A program made the position numbers and the translations under genes. The notes under the pieces were generated by a model. It ran no database searches and was not told the DNA's origin. It was given only the letters and a program-made list of their open reading frames with translations. From an uncultured Prevotellaceae bacterium (GTDB lineage: Bacteria > Bacteroidota > Bacteroidia > Bacteroidales > Bacteroidaceae), in the NCBI GenBank assembly GCA_900314335.1, contig OMUV01000083.1, forward strand, positions 1-44,568: a stretch of 44,568 nt of DNA, given 5' to 3'. This document shows positions 23,770 through 33,383 of this stretch, one piece after another; the stretch's first letter is position 1, and each line of letters starts with the position of its first letter.

Positions 23770-25344
23770 CTACTGTCCGCTGCTGACGAAGGTGGTCACG
23801 GAGCGGGGCTCGAGCGTCGCCGTGCCTGAGGATTCGCCCACGGGCTTCAGGTTCTCGCCCGTCACATCCGAGGTGCGGTAGAGCCGCCACTTGGCTGCGC
23901 CCGCGGGGAGCGGCAAACTGATGTCGGCGGAGCCCTCGCCGTAGTTGATCCCCACGACGACCCATGTGCCGTCGGCGTTACGGTAGGCGGAGGCCATCAC
24001 GCCCGTGGGCTGTGTCTCTCCATCGGCGATGGTGTGCCAGTCCTCGCTGACCGTCATGGTGTAGCGGCGTGCGCCGGGGCGGATGAAACGGCTGTAGTTG
24101 CCCATCGTCCACATGAGTTTCGAGTCGATGGCCTTGCCCGTCTTCCAGTTGTCCGCCGAGAGGATGCGGATGAGGCCGTCCTTGTAGTCGCTTCCGGCGG
24201 CGCGCCACCACGACCAGCTCTCAGCCCCGCCGTAGACGAGGTCGTAGTGCATGATGCGCGCCACATAGAGCGCAGTCATCATCGAGGTGTCGAAGTGGCT
24301 GCCGCGGCCTATCTCCTCGTCGTTGCTCATGATGCATATCTCGCTCTGCCAGTAGGCCAGGCCGTAGCGGTCCAGCAGACGGCGGAGCCGCTGGCGGATG
24401 GCGCGCATGCTGTCTACGGGCGTGTTGGTCCAGTAGCTGTGGGCCAGCACGGCGGGCAATACGTTGCTCACGCTCCTCAGACAGGTCGCCGTGCTGTCCT
24501 TGTCGAAGAAGGTGCTCACCTCGTTGCCCCGCTGCCAGCCCGACTGATGGACGCCCAGTAGGTTTCTCAGGTCGCTGCTCTCCGGGATGGCGATGGCGGT
24601 GTTGACCTTTTCCTTGCGGAACGCCTTTGATATGGCCCTGACGAGCGTGGCTATCTCGCGGTTGGTGGCAGGCGAGCCCTCCTGCTTCGGGCCCTGCCAG
24701 TTCCAGTTCCCGTCTGGCTCGTTGACCGGACTGAGATAGTCGATGCGGATGCCGTCGTGCTCCTCGAGGCCCTTCATGCAGCGCGCCATAAACCCGGCCG
24801 CACGGTCGTAGCAGTCGGGCCTCAGATTGATCGTGCCCCCGCGGCCGGTGTTTGTGGCCAGTCCGTTGATGGTGTAGTAGACCGGCATCGAGTTGAGGAA
24901 CGCCAGCAGATAGGGCACACCGCGCTCCCGGGCCAGGCGGAGGAAACTGCGTTGCCCGGCCTGCTTTGTCCAGTCGTACGTCCCGTCGGGGCGGAGGAAG
25001 CAGTCCGTTCGTGTGTTCTGCTTGATCTGTGCGCTTTCGCCCTGCTCCGCACTGCCGGCGCCCAGGTTGAAGCGCCAGAGCGACAGACCTATACCGCGGG
25101 GCTGCCCGGAAGCGTCGTTCTCCGTGCTGAACAGCCAGTCGGCTATCTGGCGCTGCTGTGCCTCGGGCCATAGTCCGAGACGGTTCATGCTCCACGCGTC
25201 CGAGGCGCCGAAATGGAGTATCTTCTGGCGTGGCTCGCTCTGATTGATGGTGTAGACACGCCGGGCTTGGGCCGTCACGGCCGGGACGGGGCCGCAGAGG
25301 GTAATGGTGAGAAGCAGCAATTCAGGGATAACGGATTTCTTCAT
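23770..25344 (-). CDS. glycoside hydrolase family 30-like (clan GH-A) enzyme
   Basis: It has a signal peptide from MKKSVIPELLLL... (start moved from 25611 to 25344). Motifs include HFGASDAWS, VNEPDGNWNW (acid/base Glu context) and YWQSEICIMS (nucleophile Glu context), with a C-terminal beta-sandwich. Confidence 0.7.
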   Translation of the reverse strand: MKKSVIPELLLLTITLCGPVPAVTAQARRVYTINQSEPRQKILHFGASDAWSMNRLGLWPEAQQRQIADWLFSTENDASGQPRGIGLSLWRFNLGAGSAEQGESAQIKQNTRTDCFLRPDGTYDWTKQAGQRSFLRLARERGVPYLLAFLNSMPVYYTINGLATNTGRGGTINLRPDCYDRAAGFMARCMKGLEEHDGIRIDYLSPVNEPDGNWNWQGPKQEGSPATNREIATLVRAISKAFRKEKVNTAIAIPESSDLRNLLGVHQSGWQRGNEVSTFFDKDSTATCLRSVSNVLPAVLAHSYWTNTPVDSMRAIRQRLRRLLDRYGLAYWQSEICIMSNDEEIGRGSHFDTSMMTALYVARIMHYDLVYGGAESWSWWRAAGSDYKDGLIRILSADNWKTGKAIDSKLMWTMGNYSRFIRPGARRYTMTVSEDWHTIADGETQPTGVMASAYRNADGTWVVVGINYGEGSADISLPLPAGAAKWRLYRTSDVTGENLKPVGESSGTATLEPRSVTTFVSSGQ

Positions 25345-25435
25345 GGCAGGGTGTTCGTTTGACAGGTATAACAATATATTTATGCCGGCCGTGGCCTCAT
25401 TCGGGAGGCCCGCGCCGGAGGCGATGCCTTTGTTG

Positions 25436-25443
25436 CAAAAATA
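25436..25443 (-). promoter_or_regulatory. -7 promoter box (TAttTTTG) for the GH30-like gene
   Basis: The minus strand reads TATTTTTG, 92 nt upstream of the ATG at 25344. It lies inside the rejected N-terminal extension of the ORF. Confidence 0.45.
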
Positions 25444-25580
25444 GATAATTGCCTTCATTCTAAATGGAAACAACGGAGGAAAATTGCTCTTTGCACCATT
25501 TATTCCGCTTCTCAGACTGAATAAATGATAAATCTCCGTAAATAGTTGCAACATAGGGGATGCCTCAGAAAGGGTTTTAT

Positions 25581-25588
25581 TACCTTTG
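25581..25588 (+). promoter_or_regulatory. -7 promoter box (TAccTTTG) for the thioesterase gene
   Basis: The plus strand reads TACCTTTG, 28 nt upstream of the ATG at 25616. Confidence 0.45.
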
Positions 25589-25615
25589 TACATTACTGAG
25601 GCGAGAGCCAAAACT

Positions 25616-26065
25616 ATGGATGCAACTATGGACAGAGAGATAAAACGGGAAAACTACCGTCACCACATGCCCGTCCAACTGCGGTTTAACGACGTTGATC
25701 CCTTCGGGCATGTCAACAATGCAGTCATGTTCTCCATCTACGACATGGCCAAGACGGAGTACTTCCGCGCCGTGCTCGGCGATAAAATGAACGGCGGCAC
25801 GTTCGCCGTCGTGGTCAATATCAATGCCGACTTCATTCACCCCATCTACTACGGCGACAAGATCGAGATAGCCTCGGCCGTCGTGCAGCTGGGCCGCAAG
25901 AGCATCACGGTGGCCCAGCAGGCGGTCAACCTTACTTCCGGCAGCGTCGTGAGCCAGTGCCGCACGGTGCTCGTGGCCTTCTCCGCCGCTCTCAACGATT
26001 CCATCGAACTGCCAGAGGACATCCGCAAACGCTTTATCGACTACGAGAACAATATCCTGCTCTGA
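25616..26065 (+). CDS. hotdog-fold acyl-CoA thioesterase (4HBT/YbgC-like)
   Basis: 149 aa. VQLRFNDVDPFGHVNNAVMFSIYD is the typical 4HBT catalytic-Asp block. The start was moved from 25586 because the promoter box overlaps that codon. Confidence 0.8.
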   Translation: MDATMDREIKRENYRHHMPVQLRFNDVDPFGHVNNAVMFSIYDMAKTEYFRAVLGDKMNGGTFAVVVNINADFIHPIYYGDKIEIASAVVQLGRKSITVAQQAVNLTSGSVVSQCRTVLVAFSAALNDSIELPEDIRKRFIDYENNILL

Positions 26066-26176
26066 CCGCGCCGCGCTATATTATTCAGCAGGCCGTGTGT
26101 CGCGGAAAACGGAGCGCGGATGAGTCGTTAGCACGCTGGTAATACACGCGCAGAAAATCCTACCATTTATCAGAAA

Positions 26177-26237
26177 CCTCACAAAGCACCTGATTTAAAA
26201 CCACACAGATGTGATTTAAGCCAGATGCCTTGTGAGG
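26177..26237. terminator. long imperfect hairpin between the convergent thioesterase and GH operon ends
   Basis: 23-nt arms at 26177-26199 and 26215-26237 with a 15-nt loop. Three of the four mismatches become G-U pairs in a minus-strand transcript. Confidence 0.45.
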
Positions 26238-26411
26238 ATGCCCTTATCGGGGAATTAATTATCAGATAGTTAGAGAGGGGTCGGAATGCGGCTTTCCCGA
26301 GGACCGGAATGCCCGCTTTGCGGCCGCTTTCCAATGGTCGTATTCCCTTCGTTCAGGGGCGGTAATCGTGTGTTGCGAATGCTCTGCGCGTTGTGCGGGG
26401 GCGGCGCTTGT

Positions 26412-28091
26412 TCAGCGCTGTGCGAGGGAGAGCGCTACCTTGCCGTTCTTCGCGGTGACGGTCCACAGCGCGGCGCTGTCGGAGCTGCCGGGCATGGCGA
26501 GGCTGCCGGTGCCGACGCGCATGGTGTAGCGGAAGCCGTTGAAGGACTGCTGCAATGTCTTGGCGTCGTGGCTTACGACTTCGGGCAGTTTTGCCCCCTG
26601 GCTGACGGTGAGCTCGAGGCGGTAGTCGTTATCCTTGTCCGACTCTACCGTGATGCCCTTCTCGCCGAGCTCCACCCGATACTTCCTGCCGCTGCCGTCA
26701 AAGCTCACAATCATCCGTCCGGCCTTCATGCTGCCGGCGGTGGTCACGGTGGGCCTGGAGCATTTTATCTCCTTGTATTCTCCTCCCGAAGCGTCGCGGC
26801 TCATTATCCTGAGGCCTGCACGGAAGTTGCCCTTGCTCCAGAGGCAACCGTCCACGAGCGGCAGGGCGTAGTAATGGCATTCGGTCGATGTGCCGGGCTG
26901 GTCGTAGTAGAGCGATTTGAAATGCTCGTTGTAGAGCTGTATGTCGCGGAAGAGGAAGCGCTCGCCCTGCCAGAACAGGCTGGTGCGGTAGTAGCGTGTG
27001 CTGTACCATACGGTGCGGCCGCCCTGAGGCGTGTAGTCGCTCATGGCGGTGGAGGCTGTGGCTGGGGTGATCTTGTAGCGGCTGCGGAACTCGCGGCCCG
27101 TCTCCTCAAGGGTGAGCACGCGCATCTCGCCGCTCCGGGCCAGTGCGGCCAATTTGGGCATCTGCATCTCGAATCCACGGCGCATGCTTGCCCATGTGAA
27201 CGAGTTCTCCTGCCCGGCCTGGACATAGACAAAGCCGAGAGCGGGGTCACGGCTCACCGTGCCCAGATACCAGTCGGTCCAACGCTCGCTGCCGCCACCC
27301 TCTCCGTATACGGGCTCGAGGGTCGAGACGCTCTGTGTAGCGCCGCCCACACCGCAGTAGTACTGGTAGAGCGGGTCGCTGCCCAGCATGCGGAAGACGG
27401 GCACATTGATCTGCGCGCTCTTATTCTGCGCCGGCAGGTAGGCGTTGAGCAGCGAGGGGTAGTAGCCGCCCTGCCAGTAGCCGCCCCACATGGTGTAGCC
27501 GTCGGTACCCACCTGGTCGCGGCAGTTGCACGAGGCCGTGATGTGATATTTGTCGGCCATGTAGCGGAGCGTCACGGCGTCGATAAACCAGCTGCCCACC
27601 GAGGCGGGATAGCGGCCGAAGATGCGTTTGAACTCCGCCATGTAGACATCCACCAATTTGAGGCGCTCGGCGGGCGTGTAGCCCGTGGCGAAACCGACGT
27701 TGGCGTGCCAGTCCCACGGATAGCGGCCCCGCCAGTTCATGCCGGCGGCCTTGACGTGCGGTTCGGTGATCTCCCACCAGCCGCCCACCTCGAAGCCGTC
27801 GCTTATGGCCTGGCGCATGAGGGCCTGGTAGCGGGGATTGATGAGTGCGTCGTACTGCAGAAGGAATGTGCCCTTTAGGCCGTTGCGCTTCATGCTCTCG
27901 TACTGGGCTTCGGTGGTGCGGTAGAGCACATCGTCGGTCACCGCTTCGCTCCGGGGCTCTGTAAGCCGGACAAAGTTGACAATGTTGATTACGCGGTCGG
28001 GCTGCATGGCGACCCTCACCGCGGCCGGAGCCGCGAGGGTGAGCGCCGTCATTGCTGCCGCAAGGCCGAGCCTTAATATCTCTCTTTTCAT
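26412..28091 (-). CDS. secreted protein of unknown family, last gene of the rhamnosidase operon (possible uncharacterised carbohydrate-active enzyme)
   Basis: 559-aa ORF with a signal peptide and coding-like composition. It starts 15 nt after the GH106-like gene. I recognised no family signature. The N-terminal ~330 aa look like an alpha/beta barrel-type domain rich in W/Y/G, and the C-terminal ~200 aa are beta-rich. Confidence 0.7.
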   Translation of the reverse strand: MKREILRLGLAAAMTALTLAAPAAVRVAMQPDRVINIVNFVRLTEPRSEAVTDDVLYRTTEAQYESMKRNGLKGTFLLQYDALINPRYQALMRQAISDGFEVGGWWEITEPHVKAAGMNWRGRYPWDWHANVGFATGYTPAERLKLVDVYMAEFKRIFGRYPASVGSWFIDAVTLRYMADKYHITASCNCRDQVGTDGYTMWGGYWQGGYYPSLLNAYLPAQNKSAQINVPVFRMLGSDPLYQYYCGVGGATQSVSTLEPVYGEGGGSERWTDWYLGTVSRDPALGFVYVQAGQENSFTWASMRRGFEMQMPKLAALARSGEMRVLTLEETGREFRSRYKITPATASTAMSDYTPQGGRTVWYSTRYYRTSLFWQGERFLFRDIQLYNEHFKSLYYDQPGTSTECHYYALPLVDGCLWSKGNFRAGLRIMSRDASGGEYKEIKCSRPTVTTAGSMKAGRMIVSFDGSGRKYRVELGEKGITVESDKDNDYRLELTVSQGAKLPEVVSHDAKTLQQSFNGFRYTMRVGTGSLAMPGSSDSAALWTVTAKNGKVALSLAQR

Positions 28092-28106
28092 GGTATTTAT
28101 GTTTGG

Positions 28107-31100
28107 TTACTTGCTTACTGCTTCGTTCTTGATCTTATAGTCATAGCTCTCCACCTTCACCGGGCCCAGCAGGCCGGAGGTGAGGAGCTTGAAGTCCTTG
28201 CTCAGGTAGGTGAACGACTCCTTGGTGAAGCGCTCGCTCGCGGGCATGTTCTTCTCGCCGATGAGGCGGTTGCACCAGTTGTTCACCACATCCACCTCGA
28301 TGGTGTTCTTGCCCTTCCTGATGAGATTGGTGACATTGATGCGGAACGGGGCGGTCCACACGCCGCCGGCATACTGCCCGTTGACCTTCACCTTAGCCAT
28401 CGACATGACGCGCCCGAGGTCCAGATAAACTTCGCCCTGCGGGAGCTTCTTGACGTCGAAGGTGTTGGTGTAGATGGCGTGGCCCGAGAAGTATTTGATC
28501 TTGGGATCGCTGCTGCCTGTCCAGTCGTAGAGCGTGTCGAAGGTCACCTTGTTCTCCGGTCCGCCCTTGCCGGGCTCGAAGCTGACGGTCCAGGGGGTGC
28601 TCACGTCTGCCACAAGGTTGGCCTCGGGGTAGTTGGCGCCGGATGCGGGGGCTGAGGAAGCGGAGTCGCGCCACACGATGAACGCGCTCTCAAGCGGGGC
28701 GAGGCTGAGGGGCACTTCGGTGGTGGAGGTGAGCCTGGTGAACTGGGGCAGCGGGCGTGTCTCGGCCGTCTGCGGGTCCCAGAGCTCGGGTACCTTGCCC
28801 TTGATTCTGAATATGCCGCGGAAGCTGATGGGCTTCTCGCTCTGATTGGCCACGAAGTAGACATCGCCGTCGGGCAGGCCGCGGTGGAGGAATGTGACGG
28901 GCGTAGCGGCATCATCGGCGACGAAGTCGGGGCTCACGCCGAGGTCGTCCATCACCTCGCTGATAGAGGCGCCTGGATAGACGTGGCCCTTGCCGTAGGC
29001 AATGACGCGGTTGAAGAACTTCTCGCCGCTCCACAGTTCGCGCGCTATGGCCCTGACGCTGTCGTCGCAGGCCGGGTAGCCCTGCATGCTGGGCGAACTC
29101 TCCGGCGCGGGGCCTATGACGGTCAGACCGTCGCGGACCAGGTCGCGGATCTTGCGGAGCAGTTCGGGACGCATGGTCTTCTCGGGCGGCAGGACGAGCA
29201 CACTGTAGCGCATGCCGCCGTCGAGCGCGAGTTTGCCGCCGTCCATGTGAGCGTATTTCTCAAGCACTTCGGCGTTGATATAATCGTAGGAATAGCCGCG
29301 TGGTATCTCGGGCGTGCGTATGCCGGTCATCTTGGGCGCGTCCTCGCCGATGAAGTAGGCTACGTCGGCCGTGTAGGTGCCCTGCTGCAGCATATAGTTG
29401 CACCGCTTGAGATAGGAGGTGAACAGGTCGAGCTGCGAGAACCAAGTGTTGAGGCGGTTGAACTCGTTGCCGAAGGGCGCGTTGATGCCGGGCGCCGAGT
29501 CGTTGGGCTGCTGTATGTAGAGGTGGAGCAGGGTGGAGTTGATGCCTTCGGCAAAGAACTTGTCGCCTCTCAGCTTCATCTCTCCCGGGAAGCGATAGAA
29601 GTCCGGCCCGCCGCAGGTGAAGGATTCGGCCCACACTCTGCGCTTGCCGTAGATGTGTCCGCAGGAAGAGGCGATGCGATTCTCTATGTCGCCCAGGTCG
29701 CCTGCGCTCCAAAACTCGCCGGCTATCTCATCGCTCTGTCCGCCGTACTGTAGAAACTCGCCCGGGAAGCCCCAGTGACCATAGTTCTCCAGCCAGGTGG
29801 TCATGCCGTGGGCGTTGCTCACCTTTTTGAGGCCGCCGACATATTCGTAGCTCACCATGTCGGCCACGAGGCGCCTCACATCCCAGAGGAAGCGGTTGCT
29901 CTTGTCCTGCGAGTCGACCACATAGCCGTAGAAGGTGGGGATGTAGGGCACAGGGTCGTAGCCGTAGCGCTGTTTGAAGACCGGAATCATCTCGTCGGTC
30001 CAGTTCTGTCCGCCCGTCTCGTAACTGTCCTCCACAACGACCTTGAGCGTCTTGCGGTCGGAGGCCGGGATGCGGCGCAGGATCTCGCCGAGATATGCGT
30101 CGAAGTGCTCTGCGACATGCTTGGCGCTCATCTTGTCCACCTCGAGTCCCGTGGCTTCGGGCGGGGCCGGCGCATTGGTCACGCCGGTAGGCACCATGGC
30201 GGTGCGCAGTATGGTCCATTTGCCCTTGGGAGCGTTCCAGGTGAGCACGCCGTCCTTTGTCATGGCGGTCACGTCGATCACGTCGCCGGCCTTCATGACG
30301 AGGTGCGGGTCGCTGCACTCAGCCGTAGGGCTCCACATATAGTCGTACCAGAAGGGGTGGGGTGTCTGCCACATCTTCTGGAATGTCTTCTCGGGATAGC
30401 TGTCGATGACCGGATTCTCGGAGAGCGTGACGGAGCTTATCTTGTCTGCATCACCGTTGAAAACGATACGGAAGTCGGTAGAGCTTGTCTCCGGCACAGC
30501 CACCACAATCGGGGCGAAGGGCACAAAGCCCACGTTGAGCTCGCTGTTGCGGCGGTCGAGCGTTATGTCGCGCACCAGGCGATAGCTGCCGCCCGTCTTG
30601 GCGTAGAGCCTGGCGGAGTTGAGGAATGTCTGGCCCTTGCATGTGAACACGATGCTCCTGAGCGTGGCGGCCTTGTCGCTGTGGAAATCCTGCGTGGCGC
30701 TGCCGTTCTTGCTCATGGCTTTGAACGGGCTCGGGATGCTCAGGTCGGGGATGGCGAGCACCCTGACGTCCTCCGCATCCTTGGCCACATCGGGCAGCTT
30801 TACGGTGAGTTTCTTACCGCCCGTGACGCTGACGCTCGAGGAGGCGAGGTAGCGCATGGCCATGTTGGGCTTGATCCACGGGCCGCCGCTCTGGCTCCAG
30901 CCGGGGCAGTTGAACAGGCCTATCTCTATGCCGAGGTCGCCGGCCGTCTTGAGCGCCTGATGGAGGACGTCCCACCATTCGTCGCTGAACACCTTTACCT
31001 TGCCGTAGGGTATCTCGGGCGTGGCCACATTGCCTATCTGGGCGCGGTTGATGCCGGCCCGCTTCATGGCCTCCAGGTCCTTGACGACACCCTCCTTAGA

Positions 31101-31271
31101 GATATTGTCGTTCATCCAGTACCAGTAGACGGCTGTCTTCTGTGTGTCGGGGATGTTGATGAATGTCTTTTCCATCTCTTTCAGCGACGGCTGCTTGTAC
31201 TGCGCCGCTGCGGGGAGCGCCATGGAGAGCGCGAGGCTCAGCATTGTTCCCGTTATTAATGTCCTGTTCAT
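28107..31271 (-). CDS. large glycoside hydrolase, GH106-like alpha-L-rhamnosidase (tentative)
   Basis: 1054 aa with a signal peptide. The N-terminal block AVYWYWMNDNISKEGVVKDLEAMKRAGI...GLFNCPGWSQSGGPWIKP is what I associate with GH106-type enzymes. The C-terminus has a galactose-binding-like domain. Confidence 0.65.
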   Translation of the reverse strand: MNRTLITGTMLSLALSMALPAAAQYKQPSLKEMEKTFINIPDTQKTAVYWYWMNDNISKEGVVKDLEAMKRAGINRAQIGNVATPEIPYGKVKVFSDEWWDVLHQALKTAGDLGIEIGLFNCPGWSQSGGPWIKPNMAMRYLASSSVSVTGGKKLTVKLPDVAKDAEDVRVLAIPDLSIPSPFKAMSKNGSATQDFHSDKAATLRSIVFTCKGQTFLNSARLYAKTGGSYRLVRDITLDRRNSELNVGFVPFAPIVVAVPETSSTDFRIVFNGDADKISSVTLSENPVIDSYPEKTFQKMWQTPHPFWYDYMWSPTAECSDPHLVMKAGDVIDVTAMTKDGVLTWNAPKGKWTILRTAMVPTGVTNAPAPPEATGLEVDKMSAKHVAEHFDAYLGEILRRIPASDRKTLKVVVEDSYETGGQNWTDEMIPVFKQRYGYDPVPYIPTFYGYVVDSQDKSNRFLWDVRRLVADMVSYEYVGGLKKVSNAHGMTTWLENYGHWGFPGEFLQYGGQSDEIAGEFWSAGDLGDIENRIASSCGHIYGKRRVWAESFTCGGPDFYRFPGEMKLRGDKFFAEGINSTLLHLYIQQPNDSAPGINAPFGNEFNRLNTWFSQLDLFTSYLKRCNYMLQQGTYTADVAYFIGEDAPKMTGIRTPEIPRGYSYDYINAEVLEKYAHMDGGKLALDGGMRYSVLVLPPEKTMRPELLRKIRDLVRDGLTVIGPAPESSPSMQGYPACDDSVRAIARELWSGEKFFNRVIAYGKGHVYPGASISEVMDDLGVSPDFVADDAATPVTFLHRGLPDGDVYFVANQSEKPISFRGIFRIKGKVPELWDPQTAETRPLPQFTRLTSTTEVPLSLAPLESAFIVWRDSASSAPASGANYPEANLVADVSTPWTVSFEPGKGGPENKVTFDTLYDWTGSSDPKIKYFSGHAIYTNTFDVKKLPQGEVYLDLGRVMSMAKVKVNGQYAGGVWTAPFRINVTNLIRKGKNTIEVDVVNNWCNRLIGEKNMPASERFTKESFTYLSKDFKLLTSGLLGPVKVESYDYKIKNEAVSK

Positions 31272-31302
31272 AATCTATGCTTGTATTATGACTTTTTCCT
31301 TA

Positions 31303-33123
31303 TTATTTGCTTTGCTCTGCTGTACCCTTTACTATCTCCACGCCATCGGGGGCCTGAATGTCGGATACTACCTTGCCGTCGGCGCCCACCTTGTGCGAGA
31401 TGCGTATCACACCGTAGGGAGTGGGGAATGTGCCTTTGGCCCATTTCAGACGGCCGAGATGGGGCTCGATAGCCACCTTCCTGCAGCCCGGTTCCAATAC
31501 TTTTACGCCCAGCACATGAGCCGACAGCCATGTCGTGGGGCCGGAAGCCCAGCCGTGGCAGAAGGAATGGCGGTAGCCCTTGTAGCAGTAGTCGCCGTAG
31601 GCCTTGTGGATGTCCACCTTGCCCTCCGGCACCAGTTCATCGATGCGGGCGGCGTTGTCCAGCCATTTCATATTGAAGTCCTCCCAGAACGTGGTAGCGC
31701 CGAGGTCGAGCATGGCGCCCCAGTAGGCGCTCATGATATCCATCGCCTGAGTGTAGTCGCCTGCCAGGGCGAGGGCCTCGAGCATGTAGTAGCCGTAGAA
31801 GGTGGAGAAGCCGTTGGCGCCGCCGGGGAGTATCGTCTTGTCAGCGGCCTTGGCGGGCGATAGCATGCCGGCTATGGCGTTGAGGGCGGCGGCCTGTTTC
31901 GAGCCGTTGAGGTCGCGGTGACGCTTCTTCATCTTGGCCGATATTGCGGCGCACTCCGAGGAGAGGGCGTCGTTGCCCCATATCGCCTCCATCTTGGCGG
32001 CCGCGTCGAAGCCCATGGCCATAAGAGCCTGCAGTCCGGCATCGATGCCTTTCTGATTCTCCGAGGAAGGCCAGTCGAGGAAGCGCGCGTTGAGCTTCTC
32101 TTCTCCCTTGTCGTCCACGTAATTGCGGAGAGTGGCTATCAGAGCCGTCACGTAGTCTTTCTGCTCGTCGAGATAGGCGCGGTTGCCTGTGTACATGTAC
32201 CATTGATATTGGGTAATCATCCACCATATCGAGTAGCTCGAGATGGTGCACATCCACTGCGTGGGGCCGAAGCATTTCTTCGAGAGGTCCAGGCTCTTGT
32301 TGACCACGTCGTTGGCGCCGAACACGGTGGCGATGGTGAGCACCTCGGGATTGATGTCTCCAGTCCACACGAGGCGGTCGCGCTTGATGCCGTCCCAGAG
32401 GTATTGCTGCATGTTGAGGTGTACGGTGTAGGCTCCCGTTTGCCATATCTTGTTCAGACGCTCGTTGTCGCACTCAAAGCTGCCCAGATAGGGAATATCG
32501 CGGTAGCGGAAAGCGGCTCTCACCTCCTGCAGCAGCAGGTCGGTATTGTCGCCCAGCACATCGATGCGCGCGAAGCGGAAGCCCGAGTTGCCGCACTCAG
32601 CTACGCCCAGCCAGGGCACCTCGAGCGTGAAGTCGCGCATGGCGTGGTCGTTGGTGGCTCCGTTCTTGCCGTCGATGTCGCACATGGCCTCCTGGGCCGA
32701 CTCGCCGAAGCGTATGCGCAGCTTCACCGTGCGCGAGGCCGACTGTCCTGTCACTATCTGCAATCCTCCCTGCAGCTCTGTGCCGAAATCGAGGAGGATG
32801 GAGCATGATGCGCCTTTGCCGTTCCTGAGGTGCGCGTAGCTCACGCCCGCCAGAGCGGCCTGCCCGTAGTGATTCTTGAGCAGCACGTCCTCGCCGTCCA
32901 TCGTAGCGCCGTTGTCGCAGTGCTTCCACAGTATGCGTCGCGGCAGGATGTAGGAGATGACCCTGCGGTCCGTCTCCATCTGTACGCCTTTGAGTACGGG
33001 GATTACGTTCTGTGCGCCGCCATTAGTAGCGGCGCCGCCTGCGGAGGTGCTGTTCTGAGCCCGGAGTGTCGGCAGTGCGACAAGCGTCGTGGCGCAGATG
33101 CAGATAATTTTTAGAAAATTCAT
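31303..33123 (-). CDS. GH78-like (alpha/alpha)6-barrel glycosidase (alpha-L-rhamnosidase-related, tentative)
   Basis: It has a signal peptide from MNFLKIICICATTLVALPTLRAQ (start moved from 33210). Motifs include YLWDGIKRDRLVWTGD and FCHGWASGPTTWL, as in GH78 catalytic domains. Confidence 0.65.
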   Translation of the reverse strand: MNFLKIICICATTLVALPTLRAQNSTSAGGAATNGGAQNVIPVLKGVQMETDRRVISYILPRRILWKHCDNGATMDGEDVLLKNHYGQAALAGVSYAHLRNGKGASCSILLDFGTELQGGLQIVTGQSASRTVKLRIRFGESAQEAMCDIDGKNGATNDHAMRDFTLEVPWLGVAECGNSGFRFARIDVLGDNTDLLLQEVRAAFRYRDIPYLGSFECDNERLNKIWQTGAYTVHLNMQQYLWDGIKRDRLVWTGDINPEVLTIATVFGANDVVNKSLDLSKKCFGPTQWMCTISSYSIWWMITQYQWYMYTGNRAYLDEQKDYVTALIATLRNYVDDKGEEKLNARFLDWPSSENQKGIDAGLQALMAMGFDAAAKMEAIWGNDALSSECAAISAKMKKRHRDLNGSKQAAALNAIAGMLSPAKAADKTILPGGANGFSTFYGYYMLEALALAGDYTQAMDIMSAYWGAMLDLGATTFWEDFNMKWLDNAARIDELVPEGKVDIHKAYGDYCYKGYRHSFCHGWASGPTTWLSAHVLGVKVLEPGCRKVAIEPHLGRLKWAKGTFPTPYGVIRISHKVGADGKVVSDIQAPDGVEIVKGTAEQSK

Positions 33124-33155
33124 CGTGTCGGTATTGATTATTTTTAGTCTGACTG

Positions 33156-33163
33156 CAAATTTA
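33156..33163 (-). promoter_or_regulatory. -7 promoter box (TAaaTTTG) for the GH78-like/GH106-like/unknown operon
   Basis: The minus strand reads TAAATTTG, 33 nt upstream of the ATG at 33123. Confidence 0.5.
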
Positions 33164-33383
33164 GGCAAAAAAGAAATAATCTGCCACTTCTGAGGAGAAT
33201 AACTGAGCATTATAAAATGGAAAATTCTCGTCCGGCTCCATAAGATGTTAATGAAGGAGGCGAAGCCGGAGAAGAATGCGTCGGCCCTGAGAGCGCGAAT
33301 GCGTCTGCTCCGCTCGCGTGGAAACGTGTGCCGGAAAGGGCGATACGGCCTTATATATAATGTACCGCCGCCGTGCGAAAAAC

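Noticed and set aside
23258-23965. ORFs 23258..23965 and 23280..23534 (-), which contain a repeated peptide (...HANESQLSCK...).
   Set aside because: The periodic peptide is only the translation of the 22-bp tandem DNA array. Since 22 is not a multiple of 3, the frame rotates. The remainder runs through the non-coding repeat element, and there is no equivalent ORF in the inverted copy at 33905-34270.
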